A program made the position numbers and the translations under genes. DNA of 63,310 bases, the filler included, from Octopus bimaculoides (taxonomy: Eukaryota): assembly GCF_001194135.2 (NCBI RefSeq). It is 3 parts of 3 records of this genome, joined end to end, with 100 filler letters (N's around TTAATTAATTAA, not from the genome) between each part and the next. Parts side by side here need not be neighbours in the genome. Positions count along the whole stretch, not along the records: positions 31,482 to 62,043 come from NC_068984.1; positions 62,144 to 63,310 come from NC_068986.1; 1 more part is not named here. The stretch is one strand, 5' to 3'. How positions within the stretch are numbered: position 1 is the first letter of the stretch; the number at the start of each line of letters is the position of its first letter. Under the pieces are notes generated by a model. The model had not been told where the DNA came from and ran no database searches. It saw only the letters and a list, made by a program, of their open reading frames with translations. Of this stretch, positions 50,321 through 62,319 are shown in pieces.

Positions 50321-50639
50321 CTGAAGAAGACAATAGAAAAAAGAATGAACAAATTTTCAAATTTAGTGAGGTAGTTAACATAAAATGATTCTAAACCAAC
50401 ACTTTTGTACAAGCCAACAGGGAGCCTCTACAAGGTTACTAAACCTACTAGAAATAGAAATCAAATCTCCCTCAAGAAGTGAAATAGTATTACAGGCAAG
50501 ATAACTGAGAAGGTAGACATCATATGCAGCAGACGTATAGGGCCAATAAGCACTAAGAGCTTGTGGGAAATAGATTATTTCAAATACCTAGACAACTCCC
50601 AAAACATCAAAGCTTTTGCTACCTAGGTGATTCAATTAG

Positions 50640-51990
50640 CAGTGGTGGGGGGTGTTCTGAAGGTCAGAGCAAGAACAAGTTGGGAAAAGTTCAAGAAGAT
50701 ATTTCTGATGGCACCACAATGCTTGTCTTTTCAGAATGAAGGGTAGATTGTATGATGCTTGTATGCAAAATGAGAGCCTAGGAATCCAAAGATTTATGAA
50801 AGAAATGAAGTAAGAATGCTTTGCTGGAAATAGGCACAAATAAGATACAAAATGAGCTGAGAGAAATATGGGATATAACAGGAACCAGACAGTGTTCAAG
50901 AGAGAATACAGTGCTGATTTGTGCATGGGCTGTGTATGGAGGTTGATAGCTGTATAAAGAAGTGCTAAGTATTCAAGTAATAGCACTTGTGGAAGTGGGA
51001 GATCCAGGAAGACTTGGCAAAAATGGTGAAGACTCATCTGAAGTTGTTGCATCTCAGAAAGAAATAACAAAGGACCATACTGATTGGTTATAACCAGTGC
51101 TGGAGAAGACCAGCTATATAGGCTTGGCAAAACATACATTAAAACAGAAAGGAGGTGCAGTGAGAAAAGCTGGGATATATGTCTACAATTAGGCCTTCTA
51201 ATTATTTGTATCTAAGTTACCAGATGCTAACTCTCTTGTCAATATCTATATTCTTTAAACTCTCTATCAGATTTTCTCCTATTCAATGTACATTGCCACC
51301 TGTGAGATGAAAGAAAATATTGGATCTGTCCATACTCAATCCCTTCCCTCTACAACCAGTTTCTTGGTACTCCTACCCTTCCAAATCACAATGCTTGTGT
51401 TAGAAGGGATTATAGTGGATCTTTTGATACTTGATATACTCCTCTTACTTCATGTACTGTTTCTCAACACACCCTCTTCCTTTACTGACGTTCATCCTCT
51501 CTACCTAACATTACTCTTCTGTGCTGTTAACCTCCTCTCCCATGTCCCCTGGTCATTGTTTATTGGCATCTATCACATGATCTCCCTCTCACACACACAC
51601 ACCAACAGACATGTAGCTGCTTTAGTGTCTCTCTTTTACCATATGATACTTGAGTAATGAGAGTTACATCAGATTTCTTCCACTAACAAATATTATGTTC
51701 ACTAGCATTCCCTTTCCCTTAGGTCACCTCTTTATTGATATCTCTTACTCTCTTTACACTTCTATACTGCTAACAGCTATTTTCTCATCTTCAGATCACG
51801 TATTTCTGACATCTATTACACTCTTACCACTACTAGCCATCTTCTGTTTTCTCTCACACCACCTTCTACAATTACAGTCACTCAGAGCATCTTGTCACTA
51901 TTGTCTCCCTGCTGTTACTGTACCTCTTCATCACTCTTATCACTGATTCACCCATTTCTCCTTCAAAACACAGCAACTTCTCTAGTACTG
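50640..51990. mobile_element. Old, fragmented RTE-like LINE remnants on both strands
   Basis: Degenerate matches to MKGRLYDAC...GRSRKTW (+, 50720-51050) and to RTE APE-like sequence (-, 51400-51990). Confidence 0.45.
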
Positions 51991-52507
51991 ATGCCATGAT
52001 AAACTGCAATAAGTACACTCAGTGAACAGCGGCACATATTCCAGATGTGCTAGCTGTGCACCCATTGAAAATGCCAAATTCATTATAAATATTAACCCTT
52101 ACTCATTAATTTTAATCACAAATGTTAACAGCAAACTTTTGTAATACCTCTGCTTGAAATTTTGGTAGCTCTGAGTGTGGCAGCACACCCAATACAACCA
52201 TCACCATATGCCACTGTTAGTGAAGTGGTTGCTATAAGGAAACTATGCTAAAAGAAAATATACAAGCAAGGCATAGACTCTGACTTGTTTCAGACCATTA
52301 CTACCTATTTTACTTATGCTAGCATAAAATGATGAGTACTAGATGTTGGCAAAAATAGAAAGGAAAAAAAAACAAAAACAGGGTGTTCACTGCTTTGATC
52401 AGGATTGAACTAAAACAACTACCTGTACTGGCTCTACTTTCGCCACCACCACTATTAGAAGTATTGTTCAGAAGTTTCCATAAAATACAGAAATAAAGTT
52501 GACCTAC

Positions 52508-52550
52508 CTGTCAAAAGACTGGTCCCTACAAGTTGCAGCCAGTTGGTTAT
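52508..52550 (-). CDS. Host gene exon (43 bp, phase 1 to 2): x-NQLAATCRDQSFD-S
   Basis: Acceptor ttattttggcag| and donor CAG|gtaggt. It joins exon 50320 in frame (AG|T = Ser). Confidence 0.6.
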
Positions 52551-52791
52551 CTGCCAAAATAACAGTATAAAATAACTTAATAAACCACCATGAGACAAAC
52601 AACTTTAACAGAGTAGACTATAATTTTCCATGACTCGATACATTAATTGTAGTTGCAAGAGTGGAGAAAGCTACACTATATACATCACTTTATAAGTAAG
52701 TCTTCAACATTTAGAACCAATGTACCCAATATGAATGAATTTTCTCTCTCCTGCTCTCTCACATATAGGCATAGCTATGTAGTGGAGTCAC

Positions 52792-52842
52792 CAAAATGTG
52801 ATATGTTTTTGTTTAGTGTCGGTGCGATAGGCATGTGTTTTC
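52792..52842 (-). CDS. Possible upstream host exon (51 bp): x-KHMPIAPTLNKNISHF-D
   Basis: Strong acceptor ctttgtcatttcacag| but weaker donor TTG|gtgact. Phase-compatible with exon 52550. Confidence 0.4.
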
Positions 52843-53899
52843 CTGTGAAATGACAAAGTGATAACTGGTTTAACTATAACATTTTTTTTATTTGCTGGTG
52901 TCAATAAATAATATTTGCCACTACATTCAATTTTGGCAACTTGCTTCGAGTTGCTAGAAAAATGATGGAACCAGGATACATCTGGAGTTGATGTACCCTA
53001 AGACTAGATATGTTCGTGTGTGTGTGTGTGTGTGTGTTCGTTCTTTCATCTTGAATAGCAGGCAACAGATCTCTGTCTCATAGTAGCAGAGCACTGATTT
53101 CGGTCGGCGTGCATCACAGTCTCCGTCTGTCTGTGTCTCTCATGTCTTGTTGACCACTCTATTTATAAGAATCATGGCCGCTAGAAGGACAGACATACTG
53201 CAGCAGGCTTAGTACCTAAGTAGGCCAGTTGCTGTCCAGTTGAACTTCGCTTGACATCTATGAGGTCGAAGGTTAAAGGAAGGACAAAGAAAACCTGCTT
53301 TTCGCGCCTGTTGATCAAGGTGTTTGGACGACCGAGAATTCTTAGATTCGGTTTCGAATCTAGGCTTGGAGAAGGAAGTGTTAATTTTTACTTTTTACAG
53401 CTATGTGATTAGGAAATCTGCTTCACAATCACACAACATCTTACATGAGTCTTTCTACTTCAGCTTCAGGTTGACCAATTCTTCATGAGTGAAATGTGGT
53501 ACATGGAAAATGAACAGAAGCCTGACAATGTGTGTGTGTTAAATTGATACCATTTTAAAGCATATTTTTAGGATAACAAACTGAAAAGCATACATTTTAA
53601 ATATAGTTCATTATTCAACAGCTCTTTCATTAGTAAATAAATGCTATTACTTATATAATTAATTAAGATATATAATTTAAATTAATTTAAAACGAGACAG
53701 AGAAAAAGCAACAAGGACAAGGGAAAGAAATATATATAGAAACCTACAAACATATATATATGTACATAAAAGTAAGCACACACACACTAAATAGAGTATA
53801 TTGATATCAGTACATATTCCAATGAAGGCTCACATGCATACTTATGGAAGTATTTACATTGACATATATAAGAGATCAATAAACATTAACAACCATAGG

Positions 53900-56480
53900 T
53901 CATCATCATCATCGTTTAGCGTCCGTTTTCCATGCTGGTATGGGTTGGACGGTTTGACTGGGGTCTGGGAAGCCAGGAGGCTGCACCAGGATCCAGTCTG
54001 ATCTGGCAGTGTTTCTACAGCTAGATGCCCTTCCTAACGCCAACCACTCTGAGTGGGTGCTTTTTACGTGCCACCAGCACAGGGGCCAGAGGTGGCTGGC
54101 AACAACCACGATTGGTTGGTGTTTTTTACATGCCACTGGCACGGAAGTCAGTCAAGGTGGCACTGGCATCAGCCACATTCGGATGGTGCTTTTTACATGC
54201 CACCGGCACAGGATCACAACTACAATTTCCATTTGATTTTGATTTTGATGTACTTGACTCAATAGGTCTCCTTTAAGCACAGCATGTCACCCTATGATCC
54301 AAGGTAATTTTGAGTGGGCTGGGGCTGGTTATGTGACACTGGTGTAGGTTTCAGCTGTGAACTCACTTTATTTGCTGGGTCTTCAGTCACAGTATATCTC
54401 CAGAGGTCTCAGTCTTTCATCATTGTCTCTGTGAGGCCCAACGTTCGAAGGTCATGCTTCACCACCTCATCCCATGTCTTCCTGGGTCTACCTCTACCCC
54501 GGATTCCCTCCACTGTTTGGGAGTGGCACTTCTTCACACAGCTCACCTCATTCATCCATAGTAGATGATTATACCAGTGCAAACGTCTCTCTTGCATGCT
54601 ACATCCGATGCTTCTTATGTCCAACATTTCTCTCAGGGTGCTTAGATTCTGTCGTGTGTGCACACTGACATTACACATCCAGTGGATCATGCTAGCTTCA
54701 TTTCTTTTGAGCCTACGCATGTCTTCAGCAGTCACGGCCCATGTTTCACTGCCGTGAAGCATGGCAGTTCGCCCACATGCATCATACAATCTACCTTTCA
54801 CTCTGAGAAAGAGGTCCTTTGTCACCAGTAGGGGTAGAAGCTTTCTGAACTTTGCCCAGGTTATTCTTATTCTAGTGGTAACACTCTCTGAGCATCCACC
54901 CCCACTACAAACTTGGTCACCTAGGTAGCAGAAGCTATCAACTACTTCTAGTTTCTCCCCCTGGCATGTGATGGAGTCTGTTTTCTGAACATCTGTGGTG
55001 TTTATTGCCTCTGTGCATCTGCTGCACCTCTTATGTGTCCATAGCTTACACTGGGTACATCTTATGGAGTTTCTACCTACACCTTTTCTACAGATTGAGC
55101 AGGGCCACCTACCTGAAGGGGTATGTGATGTGTTCGCCTTCCTACTAACTAGAACTTTGGTCTTTGCAACATTGACTCTAAGGCCCTTTGATTCTAATCC
55201 TTGCTTCCACACCTGAAATTTCTTCTCTAGTTCTGGTAGTGATTCTGCTATGAGGCCAGGTCATCAGCATAGAGGAGCTCCCAGGGACAACCTGTTTTGA
55301 ATTCCTGTTATTGCCTGGAAGACTATGATGAATAAAAAGGGACTGAAGGCTGATCCTTGGTGGACCCCTACTTCTACCCGGAATCTCTGTATAGGGCTTG
55401 TACAGCCCTTATTAACCATTTGTCAATCCCCAGTTTCTGCATTGACCACCAGATAAGGGATCGGGGGACCCTGTCAAAGGCTTTCTCCAAGTCTACAAAA
55501 GCCAAGTATAGGGGTTTATCTTAGGCTAGGTATTTCTCCTGCAGTTGACATACCAGGAATATAGCATCGGTGGTGTTTCTACCAGGCACAAAACCAAACT
55601 GCATCTCATCTAAGCAGACACTCTCCCTAATTATTTGGGCTATGACCCTCTCCGTGACCTTCATCACCTGATCCAACAGTTTGATAACCTTGTAGTTATT
55701 TCTATCTAAAGCATCACCTTTACCCTTGTAGCAGTTGACTATGGTGCTGCTATGCCAGTCATTGGGTATGACTCCATCATGAACTACTTGGTTTACAATG
55801 CGGGTGACTAGGCCATAGCCCACACCACCAGATGTTTTAAGCATCTCAGCAGTGTTCTTGATGGGCCAGGGGCTTTTCCTGGCTTCATACCTTTAATTGC
55901 TTTATTTACCAGGGTGCTGTCTATTTGGATAGCTCATCCATCTACTGGGTCAATATTTGGCAGGCTCTCCTCCTCCCATTCATTCTCTACATTCAGTAGT
56001 CTTTCATAATGGCTTCTCCAAGCCTCTTTCTTTTCCGAATCATTAAAAGCAAGTGCACCATCATCCATGCAGACACATTTCTCTCCCGTGACATCACAAT
56101 TTTCTCTCACAGTCTTGCAATCCAAAATACTTCAGTTCTTTGGTCCTCATGTCGCTGACATTGGCAAACTTCTTCTTTTCTGCTTCTCCCTTGGCTATGT
56201 ATACCTGTTGCCCAGCCTCCTTTCTGGCTATCTGGTACAGTTCCCTACTACCCCCCACCCTTCCAGGCTTTCCAGGCCTGTTTTCCTTTGTCTACTGTAT
56301 TATTCTACAACCACGTTACTCTAGGTCTGGAAAGGACTTTGCACCATCTGCAGACTTGATCTATGGCACTCAATAAGCTGTCCTGTAGGAATTTCCAGCC
56401 ACCTTCTATGTCTAAGGTCTATAGCTCCTCCTCCCTCTCATCAAATTTCTTGATGAGGCTGTCCCTAAATCTCTGACCAT
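53900..56480 (-). mobile_element. RTE-clade LINE, longer copy with RT and a PHD-like zinc finger
   Basis: NCYKGKGDALDRNNYKVIKLL...EMQFGFVPGRNTTDAIF (55521-55844); ORF 54409-55212 with WPCSICRKGVGRNSIRCTQCKLWTHKRCS; (CAT)n tail. Confidence 0.92.
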
Positions 56481-56683
56481 GTGAAGGGTTCTTTAGCTTC
56501 CAAATCCTTCTTTTCTAGATTGGTCTGATGTGTAAATATACATAAATGCACATACACACACCTATAAATATGCATACAAATACACTGGTTAGCTGAAGAG
56601 TCCATTTTGTTTTTGTTAACACTAAGCTTCAAGCATTCTAATAAATAGCTAAGTTCAGTCTGTCCCTTGCACATGTCTACTCA

Positions 56684-57330
56684 TTAGGTACTTGACACTT
56701 CAGCACAGTTCAATGTGAACTTGCAACAAGACAGATTGTATTTTGTGTGCTTGGGATCACCCTGAAAACAAAGAACCAAAATGAACACTATTGAGCTCAT
56801 ATTTTACTATTTTTAAAAAGGCAGTGGAAACCTGCAGGAAGATACATGCTATGTACAAGAAAGGATGCTGTTACAGAATGTGTGTGCAGCAGTGGTTTAT
56901 AAGATTTCAATCAAGATATTTTTCAGTTCAAGATGCACCTTGCTGTGGCTGGCCAGCTGAGATTAACAGCAACAAGATGGAGCTAGTCAACACCAACTCC
57001 TGTTATACAACTAGGACGATCACAGATATTCTCCAAATATCCAAATCAAATATTGAAAATCATCTGCATCAACTTGGTTACATCAGCAGGCTTGATGTTT
57101 GGATCCCACATCAACTGAATGAGGTTAACTTTGCCCAAAGTGATTCATTGCAGAAACATGAAGAAAATGATAACAGGAGAAAAAAATGGAACATCTATAA
57201 CAATGAAAAGCAGAAACAATCAGAGGGGAAGTGCAGTAAACCACTACAAACAACCTCCAAAGCAAAACTCTACCTAAAGAAGGTTATGCTTTTGTGGGAT
57301 TTAAGAACTTCTTCTCATGGAGAGGACCAT
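56684..57330 (+). mobile_element. mariner (Mos1/Hsmar-type) transposase remnant, N-terminal half
   Basis: ORF 56791-57456: VQQWFIRF...SVQDAP..G.P; WIPHQL (WVPHEL motif); KWNIYNN; KKVMLLW. Confidence 0.8.
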
Positions 57331-57454
57331 CAGTTCATATATTTATGTACATGCGTACATGGACGTATATATATATACGTGTATACACTTATATTTGTGC
57401 AAATATTTATTTACATACATATTTCTGTATATTTATATCTTCTTTCTTGCCTTT

Positions 57455-59455
57455 AACCCTCCAATGCGGAGTATAGGCCACTTATAATTGAATTCCATAT
57501 CGCATAATTGCTTTTGTACTTATACTCTGCCATGAATGTCCCCCTTTCTCTAGTTCCTTTTGTGTTGATCTACGCCACGAGTTGATCTACCTCTCTTTCT
57601 ATATCCATCCGGATTCCACTGCAAAGCACTTTTCGCTGCATTTGGTGTGTCCTTTCTAATTGTGCTACCAATCCACTTCCACTTTTTCTTAAATATTTGC
57701 TCTCTAATCGAAACTTGATTCAATTTTTTGCCATAGCTCCATATTGCTTATGTGTTCGGGCCATCTGATTTTAAGTATACTACGCAAGCACCTGTTGATG
57801 AATGATTGTATTTGCTTATTTGACTTAACTGTTGTTCGCCATGTCTCAGCCCATACAATAACACCGCTTTTACGTTAGTGTTAAAAATTCTTACTTTGTT
57901 CTTTATTGAAATTACACTTGCGCTCCATACTTTTTTTAACAGGTGGAAAGTAGTCCTTGCCTTACATATTCTCATCTTAATATCTTCATCGGTGCTGCCT
58001 GAGAACGTTACCTTACTATCTAAATACATAAACTCGGCTACATCCTCTAGTTCACCAGTTTCTAGTTTAATACGTTCACTGTTTTCTTCATTAACGTGCA
58101 TAATTTTTGATTTGTCGCGGTTGACTTTCAATCCTAGTTTGGCAGCTATTGCTTCTAATTTTGCATTTGGCTATATATTTGTGAAAGTAGCGCTATATCA
58201 TCTGCAAAGTCGAGATCTTCTAGAGCTTCTGCATGCATCCATTCAATGCCTGTTTGGCTTTCAATCATAGTTTCCTTCATAATCCAATCTATAACTAGTA
58301 GAAAAAAAAAAGCCAGAAAGTATACAGCCCTGTCGAACTCCTGTTTTTACTTCGAATTTATCCGTAGCTCCGTTTCCATGCAAGACTCGGCATGACATTC
58401 CTTGGTAAGTTGCTCTTATTATAGATATATACTTGTCTGGTATGCTGTAGTGCTGCATAATTCTCCATAAGCCTTCCCTATCTACACTATCGAATGCTTT
58501 TTCAAAATCAATAAAATTAATATAAAGCGGTGCATTCCACTCTGCGCTTTGCTCTAAGATGATGCGAAGAATGGCAATTTGATCTACACATGAATGGTTC
58601 TTCCTAAATCTGGCTTGTTCTTTATGCAACAATTTGTCGACTGCTGTCCTCATCCGCTCCAAAAGTATCCTGTTAAAATCTTTTCCGGGAGTCGATAATA
58701 ACATAATCCCTGTATAATTTCCACAAACACTTAAATCACCTTTTTTTGGCAATTTTACGATGAGTCCCTCTTTCCAATCATTAGGCACATTTTCTTCCTG
58801 CCATATTTTCGAAAATAATGGATGAAACATTTCTACCGCTATTTCTATAGCTGATTTCATTGCTTCAGCTGGAATATTGTCTACACCTCCCGCTTTCCCA
58901 TTCTTGAGGGATTGTATAGCCTTTCTTATTTCAAACTTGGACGGTGGGTCAAGGCTGATGTTAAGATCCAAATTTCTTGGCACAATGTTGGCTATTGTGT
59001 CTGGAGGTAGTCTATTGAGCAAATCTTCAAAATGCTCCTGCCATCGATTTTTTTTGTTCTAGAATTGATGTTAGCATCCGGTCATCCTTCCCTTTTACTG
59101 CCTTTTCTACTCTTACTCTCTTCCCCGATAGTAATTTAGTTGTGTTGTACAGCTCTTTCATGTTCTGGCGCTGAGCTGCACTTTCTGTTGTCGTTGCTAA
59201 ATTTTCGCTTGTCTCTTCTTAATTGTTTTTTAACTTTATTATTTTGTTGGTTGTAATTTCCCTGACATCTATTTATCTCTACTTCTGAGCTTGCCGATAG
59301 TAATTTTGTCTTTAGCTTCTTTCTTACTTCTATGGCTGTTAGTGTCTCTTGTGATATCTATGCCTTATTCTTTTTGTTTACAGACCCTACGCATTCTTCT
59401 AATAATGAAATAAAAGCATCCTTAATTTTCGACCAAGTATGTTCTATTGTGTTGC
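57455..59455 (-). mobile_element. RTE-clade LINE of a second family (RT region and C-terminus), degenerate
   Basis: KNGKAGGVDNIPAE...IVKLPKKGDLSVCGNYTGIMLLS...FIDFEKAFDSVDRE...GVRQGCILS (58261-59022); KIRIFNTNVKAVLLYG (57748-58131). Confidence 0.9.
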
Positions 59456-59469
59456 CTTGCATCCTTCTG

Positions 59470-60333
59470 TAGTGATGAGAGCCTTGTAGATGAAGAAGGT
59501 AGAGGATGGTCATGCGGTCTTGACAATGAACAACTGAAAGCAATTGTTGAATAAAACCCACATCAGAGTGTTAGAGAAGTGTCTCAGGCACTTGGTGTCA
59601 GTATTGCAATGGTCTCACGCAATCTGCAAAAGATCAGTGAGGTGAAAAAGCTCGATAAATGAGTACTGCATGAGCTCAATGAAAATCAAAAAGTTCGGCG
59701 TTTTGAAGTGTACACGATGCTCCTTCTGCAAAACACCAATGATCCAAGTACCCCAAACATTTCCCAAAGCCAAAGTTGCATCAGCAAAAGATTATGGTAA
59801 CTGTCTGGTGGTCTACAATTGGTGTTGTCGATTACAGCTTTCTGGAAGCCAATCAGAGCATTACAGCAGAGGTTTACTGCAATCAACTCACTGAAATGCA
59901 TGTTCACTTGCAAAAAATGAGACCTGCATTGGTGAATCAACATGGCCCAATTCTGCTCCATGATAATGCAAAGCTACATGTTGTAAGAATGACACTGCAG
60001 AAACTCACAGACTTGGGATACGAGACTTTACCACATCCTCCATATTCTCCTGATCTTTCACCCACTGACTACCATTGTTTTAAACATTTAAACACATTTT
60101 TAAGTGATAAAACTTTCAAGTCCAAACCAGAGGTGAAATCAGCTTTTAAAAATTTCTTGGCATCAAAGCCAATAAGTTTTTATCAACAAGACATAAATAA
60201 TCTTGTTGATCGATGGCAGAGATGCATAGATGTTCATGGCTCATACTTTGACTGATCAAAACATTTCTATTGTTAATTTTTCCAGAATAAAATTAGGTTT
60301 CTGAAATCAGCCATTATTTTCAGAACAAACTAA
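59470..60333 (+). mobile_element. mariner transposon remnant (catalytic C-terminal part and 3' TIR)
   Basis: ORF 59776-60255: KIMVTVWW...LLHDNAKLH...HPPYSPDLSPTDYH. The end ...TTCAGAACAAACTAA|TA resembles a mariner TIR. The upstream part has stops and a deletion. Confidence 0.88.
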
Positions 60334-60469
60334 TACATTCAATACAACTAATGCTAATGTAACTATAATATCTAACTTAAATAATAACTATACTTATGCT
60401 TCTAATTCCAGTAATAATAATGTCACTATTAATAATTTAACAGAGCATATTATACCTAATAATAATAAT

Positions 60470-60605
60470 CCTTTCTATTACAGACACAAAGCCTGACGCT
60501 TTTGAGGAGGAGACCAATTGATTACATTGACCCCAGTGCATAACTGGTACTTAATTTATCGACCCCGAAAGAATGAAAGACAAAGTCGACCCCAGTGGCA
60601 TTTGA
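60470..60605 (-). mobile_element. SINE fragment with Nin-type central domain
   Basis: Minus strand reads GGGGTCGACTTTGTCTTTCATTCTTTCGGGGTCGATAAATTAAGTACCAGT; (ATT)n tail. Confidence 0.7.
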
Positions 60606-61182
60606 TACCTAATAATAATAACAACTTTACCTTTTGTAACTGTTGTAGTAAAGCCAAATACCCTATTAGTAGGAAAAATATTGTATATAAATGTTCAATT
60701 ATGGCTCTTTAAAATTAGATGGAATAATCAGAGATCTACATTTAGATATAAAGAAAAATCTAATTTTACATCCCTCGCTGAATTTGTACTTTCATTAATA
60801 GATAATAATATTGAATATAAAATTTATTGGTCAATTCTTGGTTATGCAAAACCTTAAAGTAGTGGTAACAGAGGCACTTCACATTAATAAAAATAGTAAA
60901 AATAACAATTATGATTTATCAGCATGATGAATTTATTCTAAGATGCCAACATTTTAAATATAAATCCTGTCTATATTATAAACATACATAACATTATACT
61001 TATATTATATTTAAATTTTATTTATTTATTTATTTTATTATCATTGTTATTAGTTTTGTTATTTGTGGCAATTTTAATCTGATAGTTGCTTTTCCATTAT
61101 TATAGTTATACGTATGTGACCATTGCTATTCTTTCATTTCAATGCCTATTTATATGCGTGTCTGTGTGTGTGTATATATATG

Positions 61183-61215
<33 letters not shown>

Positions 61216-61216
<1 letters not shown>

Positions 61217-61756
61217 AGAGGTTTGACCACTAAGTGGAATCCATTTTGTTAGAAGAAGACCATCTATAGTCAGATCACTAAGAAAAGATTGTTCTCAAGA
61301 AAATTCAGCAAACACCAGAACGTAAGCGAGCAAGACAAATGAAAAGATACAAAATATAGAGATTAATCACAGACCAGTTTCGTTGTTATCACTTACGTAA
61401 TTTCTTACGTAACTGTCCGCAACTCTTCAGTATGATCGTTTTGGCAGCATAATCTGCAGAACTATACACAAGATGTCCACATGAGATTGAACATGTATAT
61501 AGTTCTACTAATTACATTTGGGGTTCTATTTCAAAAGTCTTCAGTCTGGCACGGACAATTAGGTAAAACATTACGTAAGTGATAACAACAAAACCGGTCT
61601 GTGATTAATCTTTATATTTTGTATCTTTTCATTTGTCATGCTTGCTTACGTGCTGGTGTTTGCTGAATTTTCTTGAGAACAATCTTTTCTTAGTGGTCAG
61701 ACCATAGGTGGTCTTCTTCTAGCAAAATGGATGTCCACTTAGTGGTCAACCCTTTT
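61216..61756. repeat. ~540-bp palindromic element (~205-bp inverted arms, ~130-bp spacer) within (TA)n
   Basis: 61216-61419 is the reverse complement of 61552-61756 with scattered substitutions. TA-rich tracts flank both ends. Confidence 0.92.
61365..61437 (-). ncRNA. Type-I hammerhead ribozyme with canonical core
   Basis: Minus strand: GAUCAUA-CUGAAGA-GUUG[...UUACGUAA-GAAA-UUACGUAA...]CAAC-GAAAC-UG-GUC^-UGUGAUU. All core nucleotides are present, stem I has 7 bp including 2 wobbles, and the cleavage triplet is GUC. Confidence 0.75.
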
Positions 61757-61892
61757 ATATATATGTAATATAATTTTTCTGAATCTTCAGATTTTTCAGT
61801 TTGCTAGGCCACTGGTTTTAAATTGATATTAATCAAATTAATATTCAATTTTTCACCCCTATTATTTAAATTTAAATATATATATATATATA

Positions 61893-62043
61893 TCATCATC
61901 ATCATCGTTTAACGTTCGCTTTCCATGCTAGCATGGGTTGGACGATTTGACTGAGGACTGGTGAAACCAGATGGCAACACCAGCCTCCAATCTGATTTGG
62001 CAGAGTTTCTACAGCTGGATGCCCTTCCTAACGCCAACCACTC
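61893..62043 (-). mobile_element. RTE LINE extreme 3' end (same family as 37112-38492)
   Basis: (CAT)n + cgtttaacg..cgctttccatgctagcatgggttggacgatttgactgaggactgg, matching the 3' ends of the other copies. Confidence 0.88.
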
Positions 62044-62149
62044 NNNNNNNNNNNNNNNNNNNNNNNNNNNNNNNNNNNNNNNNNNNNTTAATTAATTAAN
62101 NNNNNNNNNNNNNNNNNNNNNNNNNNNNNNNNNNNNNNNNNNNTTTATA

Positions 62150-62309
62150 TTTATTTATTGAACAAATAGATTTATTGTCAATTAAAAGATTTCGATTAGA
62201 AAACATATATAAAATCAAATTGCCCATAAAAAGTATTTGCTGTCCACGGACACCCTGTCTTGTCCTTGCGGACCCCTGTGGTCCGCGAAGCACAGTTTGA
62301 AAACCCCTG
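62150..62309. mobile_element. hAT (Charlie/SPIN-like) element terminus
   Basis: GC-rich subterminal gcggacccctgtggtccgc followed by TIR-like GTTTGAAAACCCCTG. Confidence 0.55.
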
Positions 62310-62319
62310 GTCTAAAGTA

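Noticed and set aside
59776-60255. Functional or SETMAR-like mariner transposase
   Set aside because: Only the C-terminal 159 aa are open. The upstream part has stops and lacks the first catalytic Asp region.
61520-61547. Second hammerhead on the minus strand (CTGAAGA-CTTTT-GAAA)
   Set aside because: It has no stem II pairing and no properly placed NUH site or stem I.
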